A stretch of 25,850 nucleotides of DNA from a virus (Duplodnaviria; Caudoviricetes): the IMG/VR virus record IMGVR_UViG_3300012953_007654, positions 1-25,850 of that record. The stretch is one strand, 5' to 3'. Positions 1 to 7,605 of the stretch are shown here, one piece after another. The translations under genes were made by a program, and so were the position numbers. The notes beneath the pieces were generated by a model. That model was not told the DNA's origin. It saw only the letters and a program-made list of their open reading frames with translations, and did not search any database. The first letter of the stretch is position 1. Every line of letters starts with the position of its first letter.

Positions 1-74
1 ATGAGCATAGTATTACCGTGGAATTTTTTGATAGAAAATACGTCAGTAACTGAATTAAATTTGGCAGATTATCC

Positions 75-82
75 ATATTTAG
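75..82 (+). promoter_or_regulatory. Possible variant (ATATTTAG) of the putative late promoter motif
   Basis: One mismatch to the ATATTTAT motif seen upstream of four other genes; lies about 26 nt upstream of the ATG at 109. Confidence 0.35.
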
Positions 83-108
83 TGTCAACTAAACAAGGGG
101 CTGATAAG

Positions 109-264
109 ATGCTATCAATAGAAGAAATTATTATGAGATTAGAGGCAGCTATTTATGATAAAGACTGGGCAGCTGCCGAACTGTTGCTAGAAGATTTACA
201 AATTGAAGACGAATCGTTCGATCAGGGGTATGATCAGTTTGCTAACGAAGATTATGATGATTAA
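109..264 (+). CDS. Small acidic hypothetical protein (51 aa; MLSIEEII...)
   Basis: The track ORF is 1..264, but AAGGGG (SD-like, 95-100) precedes ATG 109, so this start is more likely. Very acidic C-terminus. Confidence 0.6.
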   Translation: MLSIEEIIMRLEAAIYDKDWAAAELLLEDLQIEDESFDQGYDQFANEDYDD

Positions 265-271
265 ATAATAT

Positions 272-689
272 GGGCCCGCTTGGTATCGACGGGTGCTTTT
301 TGACAATAGAGTGCAGCAAGGTTTGAACAAGACCTGTTAAAAAAGGTTCACTAACTCAAATGGTGATAATTCACTAGACGGGTTGGTAATCGATTGGCAT
401 TTAGCCGATCATGATTCAGCACCTCATGTAGGTTCTGAGTTGGATTACCAACAATCTTATTCCTACGCGGCATAAGATACTGAGTTGTCTAACACTCGGT
501 CATAAAATAAGTTAGACACAAACTCGTGTGGTAGAGTATAAGAGTCACCTGTTGACAATCAGAACAAATGTCTAGTGGTTTTGCAGGTAAATTAATAGGC
601 CTCCTAAAGCTGATGGAAAACCTGACTAAGCTGTAAATGACTCGTTGTTAACGGTATACCGGACGGGAGTTCGAATCTCCCCGGGTCCA
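272..689 (+). ncRNA. ssrA: Phage-encoded tmRNA
   Basis: Acceptor stem GGGCCCG (272-278)/CGGGTCC (682-688) with G3-U wobble and discriminator A689 (Ala identity). 5' GGTATCGACGGG motif. T-arm GGGAG-TTCGAAT-CTCCC (665-681). Helix 2: TGACAATAGAGT/ACTCGTTGTTA and TGCAGC/GCTGTA. PK1 at 319-350 (AGGTT/GACCT, TGAAC/GTTCA); PK2 at about 480-518 (TGTCTAAC/GTTAGACA). Tag ends YAA-stop. Confidence 0.96.
362..475 (+). other. tmRNA tag reading frame: (A)GDNSLDGLVIDWHLADHDSAPHVGSELDYQQSYSYAA*
   Basis: Resume codon GGT follows an 11-nt spacer after PK1 with A at -4 (CAAAT-G), the spacing known from E. coli. Open for 37 codons to ...TAC GCG GCA TAA; the stop sits in hairpin ATCTTAT/ATAAGAT (454-478). Confidence 0.85.
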
Positions 690-698
690 CAATAAATT

Positions 699-842
699 AT
701 GTTTAAACATATTAAAGAAAATAATACGACGTATATGAAGCATTGGTTGAGAGCAATGAAATGTGCAATTGCATTAATAATACACGCTTTCTATCCGGAT
801 ATACTTCAAGATTATACATCAAAAAAGTTACAAAATAAATGA
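699..842 (+). CDS. Small protein, DUF6356-like (47 aa; MFKHIKENNTTYMKHWLRAMKCAIALIIHAFYPDILQDYTSKKLQNK)
   Basis: Not in the ORF track; translated by hand. The H-x-x-E-x3-TY-x2-H ... IHA-x2-P pattern recalls DUF6356. Fills the gap after the tmRNA. Confidence 0.65.
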   Translation: MFKHIKENNTTYMKHWLRAMKCAIALIIHAFYPDILQDYTSKKLQNK

Positions 843-851
843 AAAAAAGCC

Positions 852-880
852 TTTCATATTACACGAAATGTTATTAGATT
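852..880 (+). promoter_or_regulatory. Possible sigma70-type promoter (TTTCAT-N17-TAGATT) with an upstream A-tract
   Basis: 17-nt spacing and an A-run at 842-848; upstream of the 918 gene. Weak -35 match. Confidence 0.35.
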
Positions 881-917
881 ATGCTATCAATAATAAGATA
901 ATAATGGAGCGCACACA

Positions 918-1433
918 ATGCAAAACCTAAATAAATACATACTAACAATTGCTTTTATCACTATGGTAAATGCCTTTATAACTACAAAGTTTATGAAGAA
1001 ACATAAAGAGATTTATCATGGACACTATGCAGAATTGACAGTACAAAATAAAGTTCTATCAGATAGACTATCAAAATTCTATCAGCATGGAATAAAAGTT
1101 GATGTTACAATGTATCAGCCAGATAAAATACAGTGTGATGATACACCAGATATTACTGCTGACGGCACTCGAATTAGGATAGGCAAAGCATCACAATATA
1201 AATTTGTTGCACTATCTCGTAACTTACTTAAGCGGTGGGGTGGACCATTTGACTACGGTGATTTTGTTTTATTAAAGGGTACAGGTGGGAAAGACGGTGT
1301 TTATCAAGTACGTGATACAATGAATGCTAAATGGGTTAATGTAGTAGATATTTTAGAATCAAAAGGTGTAGCACCTTACAAATATGTGAATTGCGATATT
1401 TTTAAATTAGACTGGACAAAGGAGAATGCATGA
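918..1433 (+). CDS. 3D (Asp-Asp-Asp)-domain protein, putative peptidoglycan lytic transglycosylase with an N-terminal hydrophobic anchor
   Basis: VTMY...TADG...VALSR...YGD...V-DTM...VDIL matches the 3D/double-psi beta-barrel pattern. GGAG SD upstream; hydrophobic residues about 7-23. Confidence 0.75.
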   Translation: MQNLNKYILTIAFITMVNAFITTKFMKKHKEIYHGHYAELTVQNKVLSDRLSKFYQHGIKVDVTMYQPDKIQCDDTPDITADGTRIRIGKASQYKFVALSRNLLKRWGGPFDYGDFVLLKGTGGKDGVYQVRDTMNAKWVNVVDILESKGVAPYKYVNCDIFKLDWTKENA

Positions 1434-2176
1434 GAATAAGTGCAGAACAGATCAAAGAAAATTGGTCTGAGTTACAAAAAACAATAGACGAAAATTTTGA
1501 GGGAGAACGTCTAGAAAAAATAAAAGCTCTCCATGAACACTTCCAAGAAAGAATGACATTAGCACCTGCATCTGGTAGGGCATGGTATCACAATGCATTT
1601 CCAGGAGGATATGTAGCACATGTTCTTAATATTATACAGTGGTCGCTAAGTTACTATGAGCTATTCAAAGCACAGGGTATGTACGTTGATGATATATCAA
1701 AGGAATCAGTTGTATTTGCAGCTATGTTTCATGACCTAGGAAAGATCGGTAATATGGAAGATGATTATTATTCTCCAAACAAAGATGAGTGGAGAGCAAA
1801 GAAGCTTCAAGAATATTATAATCATAATCCTGCAATACATTATATGACTGTTACTGATCGTGCAATATGGATATTAAATCAATTTGGAATTACAATGACA
1901 GAAACAGAATATCTTGGTGTAAGACTTGCAGACGGCTTGTATGAAGAAGCAAATAAGTCTTATTACTTTGAAGGTGCAGAATGGAAAGCTATGAAAACAA
2001 ACCTGCCCCATATAATACATTTTGCAGACTGCTCTGCAGCAAGGCAAGAAAAAGAAGCGTTTATGTTATCAGGTGAATCTAGAATTGATTTTCCAAAGTA
2101 CATGAAAGGTGAATCTAAAGAAGAAGAGCTAGTTAAGAATTTAGATGTTGGTAAATTAAAGGACTTGTTCGCATGA
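1430..2176 (+). CDS. HD-domain metal-dependent phosphohydrolase (YhaM-like HD region, no OB fold)
   Basis: APAS...HNAFPGGYVAH, MFHDLGK and IIHFAD motifs; ATGA overlap with the upstream gene. Confidence 0.85.
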   Translation: MRISAEQIKENWSELQKTIDENFEGERLEKIKALHEHFQERMTLAPASGRAWYHNAFPGGYVAHVLNIIQWSLSYYELFKAQGMYVDDISKESVVFAAMFHDLGKIGNMEDDYYSPNKDEWRAKKLQEYYNHNPAIHYMTVTDRAIWILNQFGITMTETEYLGVRLADGLYEEANKSYYFEGAEWKAMKTNLPHIIHFADCSAARQEKEAFMLSGESRIDFPKYMKGESKEEELVKNLDVGKLKDLFA

Positions 2177-2433
2177 TAATAGAAACACTAAGCTCAATGA
2201 CAATACTAATATTATGTTATATTGTCTGGAACTTATACAATAAAGTAGATTTTTTAGAAGATGTCCTGGACAGTAATTATGCTTTAATAAAATCTGTTCA
2301 GGAAGAAATGAAGAAGGTTGATACACTTGGATCGTTCGAATCTGATGATGAAACAGGGACAACTTTTGAAGCACTTAAAAATGAAATAGAAAGATTAGAT
2401 AATTTAATAGAGGATAAAAATAATGCCACGTAA
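2173..2433 (+). CDS. Small membrane-anchored coiled-coil hypothetical protein
   Basis: N-terminal TM segment (MTILILCYIVWNL), acidic helical tail, ATGA overlap. Confidence 0.75.
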   Translation: MIIETLSSMTILILCYIVWNLYNKVDFLEDVLDSNYALIKSVQEEMKKVDTLGSFESDDETGTTFEALKNEIERLDNLIEDKNNAT

Positions 2434-3139
2434 AAAATCAAAAACAAGAATGTATTTCACAGAAGAAACTGAAGAAGCAATTGTAAAGTATAATGGTACT
2501 GAAGATTGGAGAGAGAAAAATCAAATTTACAACGCTTCTCTAAGAAGACCGTTTGAAAAACTTTGTGAAAATATTATTCACACATTTAAGTTCTATCACT
2601 TTGATGTCCCTTCTGAAGATGTTAAACATGAAGTAATCTCTTTTATGATAACACGTCTTGGAAAATATAAGCAAGGTAAAGGAAAGGCATTTAGTTACTT
2701 TAGCGTTGTTGTAAAAAATTGGTTAATATGTCACAACAATGCCAATTATAAAAAGATGAAGACGCACACAGATGTTGTAGACTTAAAACACAAAGATGTA
2801 AAAAAAGTTACGTATGAAAACAATGAAGTTGAAGTACAAGAACAGAAAACATTTTATAACACTATTATAGAATACTGGGATACAAATATTCCTAAAGTAT
2901 TTAAGAAGCAAAGAGACATTAAAATTGCTCATTCTATTTTAGACTTAATGACACGTGTCGACTCAATAGAGATCTTTAATAAAAAAGCTCTTTATATTTT
3001 GCTCAGAGAAATATCAGGTTCTCAAACACAACACATAACAAAAGTTTTAAATGTAATGAGGATGCATTATAAGACTCTAGATGTCCAGTGGGAAAAGCAA
3101 GGTTTTATTAATACATCAGGATCTGCGCGTATGTTTTAA
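2423..3139 (+). CDS. Phage RNA polymerase sigma factor, T4 gp55-like (late transcription)
   Basis: N-terminal basic stretch plus YFT, and region-2-like KYKQGKGKAFSYFSVVVKNWL (compare gp55 NPFAYFT). Sits directly upstream of the structural operon. Confidence 0.7.
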   Translation: MPRKKSKTRMYFTEETEEAIVKYNGTEDWREKNQIYNASLRRPFEKLCENIIHTFKFYHFDVPSEDVKHEVISFMITRLGKYKQGKGKAFSYFSVVVKNWLICHNNANYKKMKTHTDVVDLKHKDVKKVTYENNEVEVQEQKTFYNTIIEYWDTNIPKVFKKQRDIKIAHSILDLMTRVDSIEIFNKKALYILLREISGSQTQHITKVLNVMRMHYKTLDVQWEKQGFINTSGSARMF

Positions 3140-3147
3140 AAAACTCT

Positions 3148-3156
3148 ATATTTATA
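3148..3156 (+). promoter_or_regulatory. Putative late promoter ATATTTATA
   Basis: Intergenic, 17 nt before ATG 3174; recurs at 18500, 20397 and 21525. Confidence 0.65.
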
Positions 3157-3173
3157 ATCAAAGGGCTAGTTTT

Positions 3174-3551
3174 ATGTCTACTGATTACAAAATATTTGAT
3201 AATACAACACTATCAGACATCTTAAAAAAGATTGATCACAACTCACAGCGTAATAAGATACAGATAGAAACGACAATACAAGAGTTGATGACCTATATAA
3301 AAGATCCAAATACTGCTGTTCAATTATTTCCTATGATCAGCGACTTTATGGAGGCCAACATTAGAAATGATGAACTACTAGTCAAATTAGCTGCTGTAGT
3401 TCAACGTGTTATGACAACTGATAGTAAGGGCGGTACTGATGAGTTAGGATTATCAGACACAGAAAAAGAAGAAATTTTGCAAAAGATTAATAAAGCAACT
3501 GAAGAAATACAACATGAGGTTGATGATATAACTCTGCAAATACAGGAGTAA
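3174..3551 (+). CDS. Helical hypothetical protein (125 aa; MSTDYKIFD...)
   Basis: The track start at 3081 overlaps the sigma gene; ATG 3174 follows the putative late promoter. Confidence 0.75.
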   Translation: MSTDYKIFDNTTLSDILKKIDHNSQRNKIQIETTIQELMTYIKDPNTAVQLFPMISDFMEANIRNDELLVKLAAVVQRVMTTDSKGGTDELGLSDTEKEEILQKINKATEEIQHEVDDITLQIQE

Positions 3552-3553
3552 CT

Positions 3554-4828
3554 ATGTCTATAAGTCGTAAAGTCTCACGAAGAGGTGGGATCTGGACTGA
3601 TCTCGCTAAGAACAAAACAGAATTAGATCTTGGTAGTTCTTTAACAACAGAAAAAGCTGTTAGAGATATTACAACTGACATCATAAGACAGTTAACAGCA
3701 ACATCTATTCAAATAATTCCGGGTGAGGTAACAGAAGTTATATACAATGAAGATGATATCGACAATCGTCCTGAATTAAAATATCAGGACATTGGTTGCA
3801 TACGTGTGTCTACTTTTGAAGGGTTTGAACTTCCGTCTGATTGGGTTTATCCATTAGATCCTAACATTAAAAATTACCCTATATACGGTGAGTTGGTTCA
3901 CGTTATTTGTATTGGTAATCAAGCTTATTATACAATCCCACTAAACATAAAAAGAAATGTTAACAATAATGCTTCAATCGGAATAACAAACACAGACGGT
4001 GCAAAAGCAAATGTTAAATCAGATACTGTTTCTTTATTAACAAAAAAATTTAAGCCTATTACTGGTCGTCCCACAAGAATAATACCTGGTGATATTGTTA
4101 TAGACGGACGTGAAGGGCAATCAATTAAGTTAGGAAAAAATAAAGCAGTCTTAAATAGTGAACAAGAACTTACAGAATCAAAGCCCATAATTAAGATTCG
4201 AATTACTAATGATGATAAAGATATGTCAACTAGATTCTTGCCTAAAGAAGAAGATATTATTGAAGACGCTGCGTCTATTTATCTTTTAAAAAATGAAGAA
4301 ATAAAATTAACACCGTCTAGATTAATATACAATGATGAATCAAAAACAATAACTCCAACCTTACATAAAGGAAAGCAAATCTTAATTGATAGCAGCAAAA
4401 TAATTTTTAATACAAAGCCAGGAGAAGGAAATAATATTAGCGTATATTCCGGAAATCAGTTAAATATTATTTCAAAAAGAAACACTATTATAATTGGAAA
4501 AAATGTATACATAGGTGACGCAAGAAGAAAGACAGATGGAGTAGGTGAGAATGATGAGGTAGGATTTGCAGAGCCTGCTGTTTTAGGAGAAGCTTTGTGC
4601 GACCTCTTATACTATATGGCAATAAATTTAGAGTCAGCTGGGATTAGTCTTAGAGACTCACAAGGAATAGGTAACTTTGGGATGCCCTCAGTTCACCCAT
4701 CAGAGAATGCATCAGGTGCATTAATATCTGCTATGTTTGGAAAAGACGGCAGGTTTGATTTGCAACGATTAAAAGAAGCTTTGCTAAGTCAAAATGTTTT
4801 TATTTCTAGATCTGCACCGAGAGAATAA
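3554..4828 (+). CDS. Baseplate hub/central spike, gp5/VgrG-like (OB-fold N-terminus, beta-rich C-terminus, no evident lysozyme domain)
   Basis: GEVTEV...GCIRV...YPIYGELV (OB-like); PGDIVIDGREGQSIKLG; KQILIDSSKIIFN; EPAVLGE. Located upstream of gp25/gp6. Confidence 0.65.
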   Translation: MSISRKVSRRGGIWTDLAKNKTELDLGSSLTTEKAVRDITTDIIRQLTATSIQIIPGEVTEVIYNEDDIDNRPELKYQDIGCIRVSTFEGFELPSDWVYPLDPNIKNYPIYGELVHVICIGNQAYYTIPLNIKRNVNNNASIGITNTDGAKANVKSDTVSLLTKKFKPITGRPTRIIPGDIVIDGREGQSIKLGKNKAVLNSEQELTESKPIIKIRITNDDKDMSTRFLPKEEDIIEDAASIYLLKNEEIKLTPSRLIYNDESKTITPTLHKGKQILIDSSKIIFNTKPGEGNNISVYSGNQLNIISKRNTIIIGKNVYIGDARRKTDGVGENDEVGFAEPAVLGEALCDLLYYMAINLESAGISLRDSQGIGNFGMPSVHPSENASGALISAMFGKDGRFDLQRLKEALLSQNVFISRSAPRE

Positions 4829-4830
4829 CT

Positions 4831-6318
4831 ATGATTAATTGTGATAACGTAACAAACATTAGAAGATCACTCCCTACAGGTGCAACACTGTTAATGGGAG
4901 ATCAGATAGTATCAGGATGCGCAATAAAAGTTTCACACTCTGCAAAAAAGAAAAGCCAGACAGATGAACAGATAGCACAGAATATCGCAGTTGCAGAAAT
5001 ATATGGATTGTCAGAAGAAGACTTAAACTCTGATCCGCTTGTCAAAACACCAATAGGCACAAAGTTACATGCACCTCAGCCGTTCTTTATCACAGAGCCA
5101 GGATGGGAAGTATGTGAACCTGGTGCAGAAGTTATACACTCAGGATATGGCGGCGAAGTAAGATCATTTGGTGCTGGATCAGACCTTATGCCAGGAGACT
5201 TGATAGTTAACGGAACAGCTGTGGATCCTGATGGCGTGTCACATGATGCTCCAATATCGATCGGTGTAAGTGGTTGGAATGTAGGACCTGATGGTGCAGT
5301 TGTATCGCCAGTATCGGATGATGATGAAAGTGGCTTTTGCAGTTTACAAGAATTAGCAGGAAAAGGTCGTGCAGATTCTTCACCTGTAGATAGGCTTATA
5401 CCAGAATTAGATTTGGACTTTGAAATACCAGGCCTCGACCTCTCTTGGTGGGTTCCAATACAAGAAAAAATAGTAGAGATAACACAGCTCCATACTAAGC
5501 TGGCTGCGAGAGTACAGTCACTAAAAATAAAAATTGATGGTGATCCTGATGGTGATGCCTGTAAGTATAGGCCACAAGCACAACAACTTTTACAGCTAGT
5601 AAGAGATGTTCAAAGAATTATAACACAAATTAGAAAAGTTGTTCAAGCAGTGAGGACAGCTGTAAATACTGTTAAAAGAGTTATCAAAGTAATTGAAAGT
5701 ATATTTATGATTGGCAAGGCTGTTAAGATGGCATTTGTTTATTTTACAATAAAGCAAATGGTATTAGGTCTAGCACAAATGATTGATACACTTGCGAGAA
5801 GTTTACTAGACGCAAATAGAGTTCTGCCACAGTTAATAGCAATGCTAGCAGCAATGATTCAGGCATGTGCAAATCAAAGAGGGATGGAAGACGGATTGAC
5901 AAAAGAAGATTGTGAAGCATTAGGCGGTACATGGATAACAGGAAGAAGCGGAGATATGGGAGATGCTTCTGACGGTGGCGTTGGTGAAACCATAGAAGGA
6001 GATGTTAATAATTTAATTGGAAGCTTAAGCGATGATTTAGACTTATATCTAAGGCCTGGCCTGGAATTAAATGAGGGTGATGTTATAAAGACAGGTTGTG
6101 TTGAGTCACCTACAGGAGATAAAGTGCATGCTCCAGAAATATTTACAATACCAGGACCTGGATGGATTGTATGTGAAGAAGGAGCATCAGGCGAATCTGA
6201 AAATGCGACTATATCACAAGAAGAAATTAATGCTATTCTTAACTCACAATTAGTTGACTTATCTGAATGCTTAACTAGAATAGATGACATTGAAAAAACT
6301 TTTAACTTTTCAAACTAA
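4831..6318 (+). CDS. Hypothetical baseplate-region protein with three internal GD-x-I..HAP..GW-x-V repeats and a central amphipathic helical hairpin
   Basis: 495-aa ORF coupled to the spike gene; repeats visible in the translation. Confidence 0.8.
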   Translation: MINCDNVTNIRRSLPTGATLLMGDQIVSGCAIKVSHSAKKKSQTDEQIAQNIAVAEIYGLSEEDLNSDPLVKTPIGTKLHAPQPFFITEPGWEVCEPGAEVIHSGYGGEVRSFGAGSDLMPGDLIVNGTAVDPDGVSHDAPISIGVSGWNVGPDGAVVSPVSDDDESGFCSLQELAGKGRADSSPVDRLIPELDLDFEIPGLDLSWWVPIQEKIVEITQLHTKLAARVQSLKIKIDGDPDGDACKYRPQAQQLLQLVRDVQRIITQIRKVVQAVRTAVNTVKRVIKVIESIFMIGKAVKMAFVYFTIKQMVLGLAQMIDTLARSLLDANRVLPQLIAMLAAMIQACANQRGMEDGLTKEDCEALGGTWITGRSGDMGDASDGGVGETIEGDVNNLIGSLSDDLDLYLRPGLELNEGDVIKTGCVESPTGDKVHAPEIFTIPGPGWIVCEEGASGESENATISQEEINAILNSQLVDLSECLTRIDDIEKTFNFSN

Positions 6319-6330
6319 AAAGGTAATATA

Positions 6331-6726
6331 ATGAAGAAGAACACAGTAATGGCACTTAAGAAAATAATAAAAGAAACTGTTGAAAAAGAAGTTGCCAGAC
6401 AAATGAAAATAGTAATAAAGGAAATTACAAATCCTCAAGTGAATCAGGATAATAAATCTAGCGAGATTAAAAACCCAATAAATGTAAAAGATCCAGTATT
6501 AAATAAAATACTAGCAGAAACACAAGGAGGAATACCGTCTGAACAAGCTCCGTATCCTACTATGGGTGGCGGCGCTTACACAACACAACATACAAATCAA
6601 ATTGGCGGCGGCGTCCAGATGCAACCAACAGATCCAAATATGCCAGACTTTATGAAAAAGGCAATGAGTGGACATTCTGCAAAAGTGGTAAAAGCTATAG
6701 AAGGCAAACATGGCACTAAGTCTTAG
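6331..6726 (+). CDS. Hypothetical protein (possible virion/head-associated)
   Basis: AAGG SD; N-terminal LKKIIKE motif; LNKILAET motif. Confidence 0.75.
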   Translation: MKKNTVMALKKIIKETVEKEVARQMKIVIKEITNPQVNQDNKSSEIKNPINVKDPVLNKILAETQGGIPSEQAPYPTMGGGAYTTQHTNQIGGGVQMQPTDPNMPDFMKKAMSGHSAKVVKAIEGKHGTKS

Positions 6727-7165
6727 TAGATTAATAAGAAATCTTGCAAACATAAAGCACGAGCATACAAATGAAAATAAGTTTCTTAAGACGAAGGCAA
6801 AAATAAAAGAAATGAAAAACAATGTTAAGGAAGCTCAGAAAGATGCCTTAGCAATACATGATTACGTTTCTCGTGCAGATGTCTCTATGGGAGGTGCAAA
6901 TAGCAGTCCACCATTAATGCATCCGAGCTCTTTTAGATTTATGCCAAGAAGATTATTAGAAATTTTAGCTATACCAAATCCTACTGAAAGAGAAGCAGCA
7001 ATTGTACAACTTGAAAATGATTTGACTATTGGTTTGGTGCAAACTAATAATGGGAGATATTTAACTACAAAGGGCGCTGCGAGTAGTTATAATATTGGTA
7101 CATTTAGATCGATGAGTGCAAATATTATTAAAGGACTTTTTAGCATAAAGGGAAAACTTAAGTAA
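6710..7165 (+). CDS. Hypothetical protein
   Basis: 151-aa ORF overlapping both neighbours, with TAATG coupling to gp25. Confidence 0.7.
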   Translation: MALSLSRLIRNLANIKHEHTNENKFLKTKAKIKEMKNNVKEAQKDALAIHDYVSRADVSMGGANSSPPLMHPSSFRFMPRRLLEILAIPNPTEREAAIVQLENDLTIGLVQTNNGRYLTTKGAASSYNIGTFRSMSANIIKGLFSIKGKLK

Positions 7166-7602
7166 TGGCATTAGAAAACCCAAGAACAACTTCTGTTAGA
7201 TCTAGAGATAAAGATCCTGATACATTTATTGGTGTGTCATTGCCATTTGTACATTCTCGTCACGGGTGGTTTAAGTCCAGTACGACATTACTTAAACAGA
7301 CGAAATCAAATATGAAAAATTTATTATTGACTGTGAAAGGTGAAAGAGTAAATCAGCCTGAACTTGGATGTGATTTGTTTAATATTTTATTTGAGCCTAT
7401 GGACGATAAGCTAAGTGAAAAAATAGATTCTTCGATAAGAGAATCAGTTGGATTATGGTTGCCCCACGTAGTATTAAAAGGTATAAATATTGATTTGCAG
7501 CATGACTTAAATTTAGTCAATATAAGTGTAACATTTACAACAAGGATAGAACCGAATGCTACAGAGACAATAACATTAAATCTAGCGACAGTAGGAGAAT
7601 AA
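7165..7602 (+). CDS. Baseplate wedge subunit, gp25/GPW family
   Basis: KSNMKNLLLTVKGERVNQPELGCDLFNILFEP...WLPHV is the gp25 signature. Confidence 0.92.
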   Translation: MALENPRTTSVRSRDKDPDTFIGVSLPFVHSRHGWFKSSTTLLKQTKSNMKNLLLTVKGERVNQPELGCDLFNILFEPMDDKLSEKIDSSIRESVGLWLPHVVLKGINIDLQHDLNLVNISVTFTTRIEPNATETITLNLATVGE

Positions 7603-7605
7603 TAG

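Noticed and set aside
382-452. Self-splicing intron or embedded tRNA as the identity of the tag insert
   Set aside because: Too short for a group I/II intron and lacks T-loop and D-loop consensus; kept only as an unexplained structured element.
661-692. Stand-alone tRNA suggested by the GTTCGAAT T-loop
   Set aside because: There is no anticodon arm; the acceptor partner lies about 400 nt upstream, so it is the tmRNA 3' end.
3081-3173. Extended starts given by the track (3081; also 1 and 9591)
   Set aside because: They overlap upstream genes or promoter motifs; downstream ATGs at 3174, 109 and 9609 have better context.
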